Shown in pieces: positions 48,201 to 60,257 of a stretch of DNA of 64,000 bases. The position numbers and the translations under genes were made by a program. Source of the stretch: Phyllobates terribilis (lineage: Eukaryota); contig NW_027362768.1 of NCBI RefSeq assembly GCF_046119375.1, forward strand, positions 369,830,001 through 369,894,000, written 5' to 3'. The notes below the pieces were generated by a model. The model saw only the letters and a list, made by a program, of their open reading frames with translations, searched no databases and was not told the origin of the DNA. Position 1 is the stretch's first letter; each line of letters starts with the position of its first letter.

Positions 48201-51200
48201 TTTTTTTTCTCATTAACCCTTTCGCAACCTTGGGTTTTGTCGTTTTTGCTTTTTCGTTTTTTGCTCCCCTTGTTCCCAGAGCCATAGCGTTTTTATATTT
48301 TGGACAATATGGCCGTTTGAGGGCTTATTTTTTGCGGGACGAGTTGTACTTTTCAACGCCATTACTAGTTTTACCATATCTTGTACGGGAAAACGGGAAA
48401 AAAATTCCAAGTGCGGTAAAATTGCAAAAAAAGTGCAATACCACAGTTGTTTTTTATTTATTTTTTTTACCACGTTCACTGAATGCTAAAACGGACCAGC
48501 CATTCTTATTCTCCAGGTCATTACGAGTTCGTAGACACCAAACATGTATAGGTTCTTTTATATTTAAGTGTTGAAAAAAAATTCCAAAATTTGGTAAAAA
48601 AAAAATAAATAAAAAAATAGCGCCATTTTTCGAGACCTGTAGCGTCTCCATTTTTCGTGATCTGGGGCTGGTGAGGGCTTATTTTTTGCGCGCCGGGCTG
48701 ACGTTTTTATTGATAACATTTTGGGGTAGATCCGATGTTTTGATCGCTCGTTGTTGCATTTTATTGCAATTTTGTGGTGACCAAAAAACGTAATTCTGGC
48801 GTTTAGAATTTTTTTCTCGTTACACCGTTTACCGATCGGATTAATTATTTTTTTATATTGATAGATGGGGCGATTCTGAACGCGGCAATACCAAATATGT
48901 CTATGTAGGGTTTTTTTTTTAGATTTTATTTTGAATGGGTTGAAAGGGGGGTGATTTAAACTTTTATATTTTTTTTATTTTTAAAAACTTTTTTTTTTTT
49001 TTTTCCACTTACTGCATGCTTCAATAGTCTCCATAGGAGACTAGAAGCAGCAGTTGTCTGATCGGCTCTGCTACATACTGGGGACCAGCAGATCCCCTGC
49101 ATGCAGCAGAAATGGTCCTGTGCTATGAGCGCCGACCACTAGGTGGCGCTCATAGCGACCAGATCATGACAACCACAGGCGTCTGCTACAGACCCTGGGT
49201 TGTCATGCCCACCCATCGGTGACCCGCGATCACGTGACGGGGTCGCCGATGGGCGGGGCTTATGACGCGCAACCTGGAAGTGCGCGTTAAATGCCGCTGT
49301 CGAAGATTGACAGCGGCATTTAACATGTTAACAGCCGCGGGTGGATCGCGATTCCACCCGCGGCTGTTGCGGGCACATGTCAGCTGTAAGAATCAGCTGA
49401 CATGTGCTCGGTTCAGTGTGGGCTCAGCGCAGCAGCCCTCACTGAACGGGGGGTACGCAAATGTGCGTACTAAGACGTCATGGGTTGTAAAGGGGTTAAA
49501 GTACACTCTGCACCCCATCTTGACTGAAAAAAACAGAAATGTAGAAATTTTTGCAAATTTATTAAAAAAGAAAAACTGAAATATCCCATGGTCATAAGTC
49601 TTCAGACCCTTTGCTCAGTATTGAGTAGAAGCACCCTTTTGAGCTAGTACAGCCATGAGTCTTCTTGGGAATGATGCAACAAGTTTTTCACACCTGGATT
49701 TGGGCATCCTCTGCCATTCTTCCTTGCAGATCCTCTCCAGTTCCGTCAGGTTGGATGGTGAACGTTGGTGGACAGTCATTTTCAGGTCTCTCCAGAGATG
49801 CTCAATTGGGTTTAGGTCAGGGCTCTGGCTGGGCCAGTCAAGAATGGTCACAGAGTTGTTCTGAAGCCGCTCCTTTGTTATTTTAGCTGTGTGCTTAGGA
49901 TCATTGTCTTGTTGGAAGGTGAACCTTCTGCCAAGTCTGAGGTCCAGAGCACTCTGGAAGAGGTTTTCATCCAGGACATCTCTGTACTTGGCCGCATTCA
50001 TGTTTCCTTTAATTGCAACCATTCGTCCTGTCCCTGCAGCTGAAAAACACCCCCATAGCATGATGCTGCCACCACCATGTTTCACTGTTGGGATTGTATT
50101 GGGCAGGTGATGAGCAGTGCCTGGTTTTCTCCACACATACCGCTTAGAATTGTCACCAAAAAATTCTATCTTCGTCTCATCAGACCAGAGAATCTTATTT
50201 CTCATAGTCTGTGAGTCCTTCATGTGTTTTTGAGCAAACTCTATGCAAGCTTTCATATGTTTTGCACTGAGGAGAGGCTTCCCTCGGGCCACTCTACCAT
50301 AAAAGCCCGACTGGTGGAGGGCTGCAGTGATAGTTGACTTTGTGGAACTTTCTCCCATCTCCCTACTGCATCTCTGGAGCTCAGCCACAGTGATCTTGGG
50401 GTTCTTCTTTACCTCTTTCACCAAGGCTCTTCATAGTAACATAGTTTGTAAAGCCGAATAAAGACTTGCGTCCATCAAGTTCGACCTGTTAGTTCTGTAA
50501 TTGCTAAAGTTGATCCAGAGGAGGGCAAAAACCCCAAATGATTTGGCCAATCTTCACCTGAGGAAAAATTCCCTCCCGACTCTGAAACCAGCAGTCAGAA
50601 TAAATCCCTGTATCAACCTACTATTTTATTTTATTTTTAAGTATATGCTGAAATCTGCCTGGTATCTAGAAAAGCATCCAGTCCCCGCTTGAACTGGTTT
50701 AGTGAATCCGACATTACCGTCTCCTCACTCAGTGAATTCCATATTCTCACTGCTCTTACCGTAAAGAACCCCTTCCTATGCTGGTGCTGAAACCTTTTCT
50801 CTTCCAGTCTTAGTGAATGCCCTCTTGTTACCGTAATATCCCTCCTTTTGAACAAATCCCGGCCAAGGTCTCTATACTGTCCCCTAACATATTTGTACAC
50901 ATTTATTATGTCCCCCCTCAACCTTCTCTTTTCCAGGCTGAATAGTCCTAGTTTTGCCAACCTCTCTGGGTATTGCAGTCCCTCCATTCCCTTTATTAAT
51001 TTTGTTGCCCTCCTTTGTACCTTTTCAAGCTCATTTATATCCTTTCTATATATTGGGGCCCATAACTGAGCACAGTATTCCAAGTGTGGTCTGACCAGTG
51101 CTTTGTACAGTGGAAGAACAATGTTCTCATCCTTTGCAGCTATACCTCTTCTGATACATCCCATTACCCTGTTTGCCCTTACAGCAGCGGCCTGACTTTG

Positions 51201-54200
51201 GGCACTCCAATTTAGTTTGCCACCAATCAAGATGCCCAAGTCCTTCTCCATCTCTGAATTCCCCAATGATTTCCCATTCAGTGAGTACTGGTGACTTCCA
51301 TTTTTCCTTCCCATATGTATGACCTTACATTTCTCCTCGTTAAACCTCATTTGCCATTTAATGCTCCACATACCCAGCTTATCCAAGTCCCTCTGTAGGT
51401 CTGCACTATCCTCTTTTGTATTAATTGTTTTACATAACTTTGTGTCATCTGCAAATATTGATATTTTACTATTTATCCCGTTGACTATGTCGTTAATAAA
51501 GATATTAAATAACATTGGGCCTAGTACAGACCCCTGTGGTACCCCACTAGTGACGCTTACTCAATCTGAGTATATTCCATTTATAACCACCCTCTGCCTT
51601 CTATCCTTTAGCCAGTTAGCTACCCACTTGCAGACATTTTCCCCCAGCCCCATCATTCTCATTTTGTATACCAACCTATTATGTGGCACGCTATCTAACG
51701 CTTTTGAGAAGTCGAGATACACGACATCCACTGGTTCCCCCTGATCTACTCGAGAGCTAACCTCCTCATAGAAGTCATGATTGCTCAGTTTGGCTGGACT
51801 GCCAGGTCTAGGAAGACTTCTGGTGGTCCCAAACTTCTTCTATTTAAGAATTATGGAGGCCATTGTGCTCTTAGGAACCTTGAGTAATGCAGAAATTCTT
51901 TTGTTACCTTGGCCAGATCTGTGCCTTGCCACAATTCTGTCTCTGAGCTCCTTGGGCAGTTCCTTTGAGCTCATGATTCTCATTTGGTCTGACATGCACT
52001 GTGAGCTGTGAGGTCTTATATAGACAGGTGTGTGCCTTTCCAAATCAAGTCCTCTCAGTTTAATTAAACACAGCTGGACTCCAATGAAGGAGTAGAACCA
52101 TCTCAAGGAGGATCACAAGGAAATGGACAGCATGTGACTTAAATATGAGTGTCTGAGCAAAGGGTCTGAATACTTATGACCATGTGATATTTCAGTTTTT
52201 CTTTTTTAATAAATTTGCAAAAACTTCTACATTTGTTTTTTTTTTTTTTTCAATCAAGATGGGGTGCAGAGTGTACTTTAATGAGAAAAAAATGAACTTT
52301 TTATACTTTGAGTACTTTCCGTACCCACTTTACTTATTTGTTTTTTACAGCCAGACTTGGGGGTGGTTTAATTTGCAATATAAATCTTCACAGGAGTACA
52401 AACATGGTAGTGATGGGGACGGGGGGGCAGCCAGTATTAACCTAGATGGCATGGTAGCCGCCTCGGCACAGGGGTAGCGATCAGTGCTCAACTTGACCCT
52501 CCACACTGCTTAGGACCACTTAAAAAGATAGACAGCGGCATCATATTAGTAGTTCATACATATTGTTTCCCTTTCCTGACATATAATATAGAATAAAGGA
52601 TAAACTTAAATCTTTTTCATCCAGGGAACAAAGAAGCGCCCCCAGACCGCCCTGGAGCAAGAGGTGGAGAGCATGGGAGCCCACCTCAGTACATACACCA
52701 CCCGGGAGCAGACGGCTGTCTACATAAAGGCGCTGTCCAAGGATCTGCCTAAAGGTAAAGACCTTACTGTGGACTTCATGGAGGCAGGAGATGACATAAT
52801 GTGAGGTCAGACGTGCCGGATATCCATCGCCCCCCCGATCGTACAGATCAGCCAAACTTTATCTCTAAATCCAATCGCGTTTTTTGGTTCCCATCACCCA
52901 GGACTGTAAGCTCAGTGTCTGATGTCTTCCTCTGTCCTCAGCTGTTGAGATCTTGGCCGACGTGGTTCAGAATAAGAGCCTGGAGGACTCTCAGATCGAG
53001 AAGACGCGAGAGGTGGTGCTGAGGGAGATGCAGGAGCTTGACTCTAACCTCGAGGAAGTGACGTTCGATTATCTCCACGCCACCGCGTATCAAGGAACCC
53101 CCCTCGGCCAAACCATTGTGGGCCCATCGGAAAATATAAAGTAAGCAAAATGTGGAAATGTCATCATTGCTTTCTCTATGTGCCGTGTATAATATCAGTT
53201 CAATGACTCTAGTAAATGACTCCTAGGACACACACTCATCTATAATGATCTCTTCCTCCAGGAGGTTCACACGGGCCGACCTTCTCGACTACATCAACCT
53301 TCACTACAAGGCTCCTCGTATGGTCCTTGCTGCAGCAGGAGGTAACGCTGCACCCATCATAGGTCCTATGACATGATGTAAACCCCCTCTGCGATCCCTC
53401 CAGCCTGCAGGAGGGATCACAGAAAATGATTATTAAATATAATTTACATGTTTTCAGGAATCAATCACAAGGAGCTGTGTGAACTCGCCCATAGACACTT
53501 TGGCGGCCTTTCTTCTGAATACGAGGACGGTGTCATCCCCGTGCTCGCCCCGTGCAGGTTTACAGGAAGCGCAGTGAGTAGATGAATTTTGAGCATTTTT
53601 GCAACCAACGTATCTGAAATAAAAGCAAAATAAAGATATTCATACCGTTCATTGCACACAGCTCCTATGCAAACAATGTCTTTCTCCATCAGTGATTGTA
53701 TGGCTGGTCCAGTTTCATTGACAGTTCTGGATCCAGTATGAACAACTACATTTTGCATATATGACCCCATTATCTTGTTCTTGTATTCTGTGTAATATTT
53801 CTCATTATTTTTGTCCTCTTCTTAGCTCTCTGCCCGCAATGACGACCTGCCCTTGGCTCACGTTGCTATTGCAGTGGACGGACCAGGATGGAACAGCGCT
53901 GATAACGTCGCTTTGGCTTTAGCCAACACCATCCTCAGCAACTACGATGCCACATACGGAGGCGGGAAGGTAGGGCGAATAAATAAATCCAGCGTGAGAA
54001 AATATTCTACACACTGAAGCGTAATGTGAATTCTGCAGCCAATCAGCAGTCACTGATTGGCTGCAGCACTGTTGTGACACCCCACTACATGTTGGTGTCA
54101 GGAGACCAGTTAGGGATTTAATAAGCATGAGTATGGGCCTAGAGGTGGGAATAAATATTTTTTGGATGTTTTGTCCAATAGTGGACCATCCCTTTAAGAA

Positions 54201-57200
54201 ACCAATAATTATTATTTTAATTTCTCCAGAGCACCTTTTTTTTTTCTTCTTCTTCCAGGAGCTGCACCATTTTTGATGCATATATTTTATAGATTTTTTT
54301 TTTTCTCTTTTTATGGTGCAGAAAAAACTTAACAATTTAAGGTCAGACATGATGTGGAAAGCGTTGATGCTCTTCTGCATCAGACAGAGACATGGCCTAC
54401 TATATGCTTGAGGCAAATGGAGGGGCCACAATCATGTTGCCGACAGAAGGGGCTTCTCTTGAGATGCCATAATCGCAATTGACAGCAGTATCTATCGGAG
54501 TCCATCTCATCGATGCCCCCGGGCTCTACTCAGTGGCCCCCGGGCTGTGATCAGCGGCCCCGGGAATTAGACTTGTGCAATTTTCCGGGGCTCCATGTCA
54601 GAAAGAGAACCCTTAACGGATGGCAAAAAAAAAAGTACATCAGTCAGTAAGGGGTTAATTCTTAATAGTTTATAGCCTGCAGAGATTTTTTACTTTTGTA
54701 AGAAGTTTTTTTAAATCAAATATTTTTTATTGTTAAAACTTTTTTTTGGAACACAACAGTAAAACAAATAAAACAACCCAACCAAAGAAGGGACCCCGTC
54801 CCTATTCTATCCCTCCCCCCATAACACTTCGCCCTTTCAAACAAAACATTTTGAGTTAAATGTTCCACAGTTCTGTCTACAGCAAATTAACAATCTTACA
54901 GTATGAATAGTCACAGTTGTATTAAGGGCTATCTAACTCTTGCTTTGGAGCAGTTATATACATGTCTAAAGCAGCCCAATGTAGGATTTTGCACCTGTCA
55001 AGTAATCTATACACCAATCATAGCAGACCAAGTGGAAATCTATGCAGTTCTCTGGATGCCGGGCCGGAGCCGTCAATCCATGGAGCCCATATTTTTTTCA
55101 AATTTGGAGATGGCCTTCCTTTTCAGATATATACTTTTTTCCAGATTTAATAACCAATTAATCTTATTTATAAATTCCGTCACCGTGGGCGCCTGCTCTG
55201 ATAACCAATGTTGGGCTATTAGTTTCCTGGCCATGTATAACATGCGTGCCACCGCTATTTTGCCATGTTCATCAGTGCTCAGATCTTCTATATATCCCAG
55301 TATACATACTATTACATCCCTCCAGAAGTTTTCCAGAGCAGGGCCGGTCCACATTATATGAAGCATGTTAGCCGGGGATGCTTTACATCTAGCACATAGG
55401 GAGTCTGGTCGAAGCCCTAAATCGTGGAGAAATTGGGGTGTTCCATATGACTGGTGCAGCACCTGTAAGTGGGAGAATCTATGGGACTCACTCAGAGATA
55501 ACTGGGGAACTCTTTCCAGTATTTCAGACCACAGCCCCTCTTCAATAGGGCCTATCATGCCCTCCCATTTTTCTTTTGATCTTATGGGGTGTTTTGCTAA
55601 TACCAGGTCCAGCAGACGCCTATAAAGCGATGAGATTAGCCCCCCAGAATTATGTGACCTAGCCATTCTCTGTATTATAGCATTTTGAGGAACTCCATTA
55701 TTTAGGACAAGACCCTCTGCCTGATATGCATGTCGTAACTGAAGGTACTTATAAAATTCGGTGTTGGGCAGTCCATATTCATTTTGTATCTGTGAAAACT
55801 CCTTGAGTGAATCTCCCACTAAAACATGAGTGAATCTTTCTAGTCCTTTTAGACTCCCAATTTTTAAACCCTTCCAATTTATCTAGGTTAGGGAGCCATG
55901 GCGTTTCCCACAGTGATGTAAATTGTGAGACTTTTGCAAGAAGTTTTAATAAGAAAAAAAATGATTATTTTTTTTCAGAATCTCTCCAGCAATGTTGCGA
56001 GGGCCGCAGCCGAGTACAATCTGTGCCAAAGCTTCCAGTCCTTCAATATCCGTTACTCTGACACCGGACTCCTCGGACTTCACTTCGTGACCGATAAACA
56101 CAGTATTGAGGACATGCTCCATATTGCTCAGGGAGAATGGTGAGGAGACGGGCAGATGGTGCTGGGAGGTTGGGGGTTTATTTTGTTAAAGGGGTTGTCT
56201 TGGCTTCTGTGGGATCATTTATATTAGACATATGGAAAAAAAAAACCTTTAAAACGTTCTCAGCGATCGGCTGCGGTGGAATTTAGCGGTGGGCGACCTA
56301 TCCTTCTGCGGCGCCACCACAGGGGAAATGTGGTATTACACAGCACAAGTTACTAATCAATAACCCCCTATAGAAAAATCCTTAAGTGGTTTTACTATCT
56401 GTATCACAGGATGCGTCTTTGTACCAGCGCAACAGACGGTGAAGTGTCCCAAGCTAAGAAGACCCTGAAGACTGCTCTGGTGGCCCAACTGGACGGTAAG
56501 TGGGGTTCTAATTGCGGGGGGGTCCTATGATGGCTTATCCCTCAGCTTATTACATCTTTGTGATTTACCTCTAAAGGAACAACCCCGGTGTGTGAGGATA
56601 TTGGGCGCCAGGTATTGGCTTACGGCCAGCGCGTCTCCTTGGAGGAATGGAATTCCAGGATTGATGTGAGTATTGGATGCTTGGTCTGCAGGGGGTCACA
56701 AAGCTGCTGCTGCGCCCCCCAGAATGCAGCTGCGCCCCCCGTGGTGTCTTATAGTTTCTGTGGATGGATCTGGAGATCAATCTAAGCTGCTTTCAGTTCC
56801 ATAGACATTGCATAACCTTACATCAGATTAAAAAAGGAGATCAAACACTCTCCCGACTGCCCCCTATACACGTGCGCGCTCTGCTCAGTTGAGCATGCTT
56901 GTGTTATGAATGCTGTGGTGCTTGAATTTCTAAAACCTAGAAACAAGCTTGTTCGATCCTTTATGAGGCCTCAACACACAAAGCCAGGGTTCAGTGAGGG
57001 TTTTTTTTTTGCTAATGTGAATTGGGGCTGAACAAATAACTGGTGCTTTAAGGATGAAATATTAATCTCTGATGTGTCTTCTTACAGGCCGTCAATGCCA
57101 AGACACTGAGGGACGTCTGCTCCAAATACCTGTATGATCGGTGCCCTGCCGTGGCTTCAGTCGGTACGTTTTCCTGAAGTGCAAGCTTCGGGGTACACGG

Positions 57201-57334
57201 ATGATCTGTGTATGAGCCGCAGGTGCAGTCTTACTCATTGCATCGCGTCGTCCTCTTGTTTTCTCTTAGGTCCCGTCGAGCAGGTTCCTGACTACAACCG
57301 TATCCGCAATGCGATGTACTGGCTGCGTTTCTAA
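45276..57334 (+). CDS. uqcrc1: Cytochrome b-c1 complex core subunit 1, complete, 13 exons, 478 aa
   Basis: Exons 45276-45338, 46800-46940, 47781-47867, 52625-52754, 52942-53140, 53262-53341, 53458-53573, 53826-53969, 55979-56139, 56410-56495, 56577-56665, 57088-57163, 57270-57334 (1437 nt). Mitochondrial transit peptide [18 protein letters not shown]16 fold ([20 protein letters not shown]), ending [10 protein letters not shown]. Confidence 0.97.
46097..46650. repeat. Degenerate tandem repeat (about 60-bp monomers) in uqcrc1 intron 1
   Basis: Recurrent cagtgtagctgtgaatccagcac...aagcagcag blocks. Confidence 0.65.
48217..49495. mobile_element. piggyBac-type non-autonomous element inserted in the Tc1 left TIR
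   Basis: TTAA TSD (48213-16, 49496-99); termini CCCTTTCGCAACC / GGGTTGTAAAGGGG. The empty site ctcaTTAAagtacactc is visible in the opposite TIR. Confidence 0.85.
50433..51775 (-). mobile_element. 5'-truncated CR1-clade LINE (RT domain, 3' UTR, ACTATGTT tail) inside the Tc1 transposase gene
   Basis: [38 protein letters not shown]; tail actatgttactatg; one in-frame TGA upstream of the 292-aa ORF. Confidence 0.92.
54710..55929 (-). mobile_element. 5'-truncated L1-clade LINE (ORF2 C-terminus, 3' UTR, A-rich tail) with 18-bp TSD
   Basis: ORF 55073-55819 with FYKYLQLRH and a zinc-knuckle-like CARC...LHIMW; AATAAA and A-rich tail near 54710-54750; TSD acttttg(t/c)aagaagtttt at 54692-54709 and 55930-55947. 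Confidence 0.85.
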
Positions 57335-57536
57335 ACTCCAGAAAAACCTCCGTTTTGTCCTGTAAGAAGCTCGCGTGGAGAAAAAAAGACAAATTTTTTT
57401 TCTATGTAACGTTTATGCGGCTGCAGCAGAACGTGTCACCAGGTAGAGCTTGTAAGATGTCGGCGTCCACAGGTAGAGCTTGTAAGATGTCGGCGTCCAC
57501 CTGTGTCTGTCCCCAGAATTGCTGAAAACAACATGG

Positions 57537-57542
57537 AATAAA
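57537..57542 (+). terminator. uqcrc1 poly(A) signal
   Basis: AATAAA about 200 nt after the stop codon. Confidence 0.65.
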
Positions 57543-57581
57543 GTTAATTTAATCAATGTGATTGGTACTGAAAACTTCACA

Positions 57582-58036
57582 CTCGATGCTGCCCGTATCA
57601 CAGGTAACGCTGCAGACAATCTTTGTGCTGACGACTTTGCTCTCAATGCCGCCCGTATCACAGGTAACACTGCAGACAATCTTTATGCTGACGACTTTGC
57701 TCTCGATTCCGCCCGCATCACAGGTAACACTGCAGACAATCTTTGTGCTGACGACTTTGCTCTCGATGCCGCCCGTATCACAGGTAACACTGCAGACAAT
57801 CTTTGTGATGACGACTTTGCTCTTGATGCCGCCCGTATCACAGGTAACGCTGCAGACAATCTTTATGCTGACGACTTTGCTCTCGATGCCGCCCGTATCA
57901 CAGGTAACACTGCAGACAATCTTTGTGATGACGACTTTGCTCTTGATGCCGCCCGTATCACAGGTAACGCTGCAGACAATCTTTATGCTGACGACTTTGC
58001 TCTCGATGCCGCCAGTATCACAGGTAATGCTGCAGA
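57582..58036. repeat. 60-bp minisatellite, about 7.5 copies
   Basis: Unit ctcgatgccgcccgtatcacaggtaacactgcagacaatctttgtgctgacgactttgct. Confidence 0.93.
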
Positions 58037-60257
58037 CAGTCTTGGATTTCCTGAGATTCTGCACAGATTATTTCAGCTTTGGTGTAGAATTAAGGCTTTT
58101 AATTTATATGCAAATGAGCTGGAAAGTGCATCAGGGCGTGTCAAAGCACTTTCAGCTCTTTAATCCTCACTCTTTATTCCGCACCCTGCGTCTTGATTAA
58201 CAGGACCTGTCAATCATTCACATGGGGCAGAGAATATGGAGTGAGGGTTGGATTTGCTTTGACACACCCCAATGTACTTTTTGCTCATTAGCATATAAAT
58301 TTGACGCCGGAATCCCAGCATTTCCTATGAGAATTTGGAAGATCTGTGCACATGATCAGGATTTCATGTGCATTTAAATATGCAGCATGTCCATTCTTTG
58401 TGCGGATTTGCCAGCGTTTTTCCTATACAATGCATTGGAGAAAAAAAACGCATCAAAAACGTGCGGTATTTCCGCAACGTTTTTTTCTGCCAAGTGGTGC
58501 TGAAACGCTGCAGAAATTTTTGCAAGCAAATACTGATGGTGCGCACATTCCCTTAATGTTCTCGTCCCTTCTTAATGCAGATCTGCTCTACAGCGCCGCC
58601 CTCCGGTGGCCATACCCTCCAATCTCCTCCAGTAGCAGGCTCCCCTTCCCTATGCCAGCAGATATGATGCTGCCCCCCGGCTGTGTTTTCTGCTGGTTGC
58701 TATAGAAAGTCCCGACATGTTAGAGGTGCAGACATTTTACAAGTAACGTCACCTCGGTGTCCTGCGACGCTTAAGATTTATTTTACTACCTCCATAAATC
58801 AGCGGGAAGGTTGATGGATATGTAAGAAGACAGGCGGCGGTTGTTAAGGCACGCAGCAGCAGGCATGGGGCATATGGACCTTCTAGGCTTCCCTCATGCA
58901 GATTCTTTAGCCTGTGATTTTTTTTGTTGCTTTTTAACACGTGCACACTTTTTTTTTTTCATTAAATTTGGAGAAAAAATTGTTAAAAATGGCGCTTAAA
59001 ACCCCAAAAACATCATTTTTGCAAGAAAAAAAAAAGTTAGTGTGAACTCGCTTTTTAAGAGCTTTTATGTGCAGAGGGTCCGACCTCCCAGCTATATACA
59101 CAAGAGGTGACGTACCAGGAGGGGATTGTTGCTCCGTATTCATTGCCGCATGCTACAGCTTATAATGCCGCATGTGCTCGCGCCCCCCTGGTGTCATGCA
59201 GGGCACAAGTCTGGTGTTGTGTGAGAGCTGCCACCTTGCCGTGGTTTTGCAGGGTCCTCCGCCCTCTCTGCGGGGCCGCCGCTGGCACCGCACCAGACGG
59301 AGACATATTAGCTTAATCGTAGCGGGTGCTATAAGACTCCCGAGGCTACAGACAGATTTGGGCTACGAGCCGCCTCGCAGGGCAGGGTGGATTTCTGCAT
59401 TGTCTTTCTTTTGTGTTTTATCCACAAATTTTTTTGGTTGTGGAAAGTTTCCAGGAATTGTGCGAGTCGTGACGGGTGCAGAAATCCCCTGGTGAGCGGC
59501 CCGAGGGTGGGAGACGGGCGGCACGGGTGACTAACCAGCATGGCTTCCTCACTCCAGGGCCCGAGTGTAGTGTAAGGGCCACTCCTCCATGGAGTGAAAC
59601 ATAATGCATATCCACGCTTCACATCACACCTTATACACAAGTCACAGCCAGAGCTGCAAATCAACAGATCCATCAACAAGATGCCGAAAGCCTAGAGACC
59701 CCCGTACACATCCGGTAATGATTGCCGCTGATCACATCCGTCCATCTGTCCTCTCGTGCGTTACAACATATTTTTTTTTTTTTTCTCTAAAACTATTTTG
59801 AGAGCGATCTATACAAGTTGTGACATCGGACCGGCTGTAGCCGAGGGGGCGACGATCGCCTGCCTGCAGAATGTCTGAGCCGCTGAATAGAGCAGAACCT
59901 GATCTCTCCTCCGGGGGGCAGGGTAGAGCCTGCCCTACAGATATGGGGTCCATGTCATCCTGGGAAGCCGCATCTCCTCCGTCACTACAGCTCCTCTCCT
60001 CCTAGAGTCCTCAGTGGCCGGTTACACCCATACCGCCATCTCTGCCACTCAGGAGCCTCTCTAGATTGTTAGCTCTGCAGCTCCAGATGTCATACAATAT
60101 TATACAGCCTGTAATGATTGCTATAAAGGTGACCGCACAGACCAGACAGGTAACAATCCGCTGCTCCGCCAGGATCCTGGGACATTGCCGCCAAAATACA
60201 CAGACAGTGCTGCGCTCATCACAGCAGAGCCCATGTGCTAGTGACTCTCGGTTTGGC

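Larger units (their letters stand above)
48116..52330 (-). mobile_element. Tc1 DD34E element (IR/DR type), interrupted twice
   Basis: TA|CAGTGGGTATGGAAAG...CTTTCCGTACCCACT(T)|TA. Transposase N-terminus at about 51950-51777 ([18 protein letters not shown], one TAG); C-terminal 269 aa open at 50424-49615 with D...D-34-E. Confidence 0.92.
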
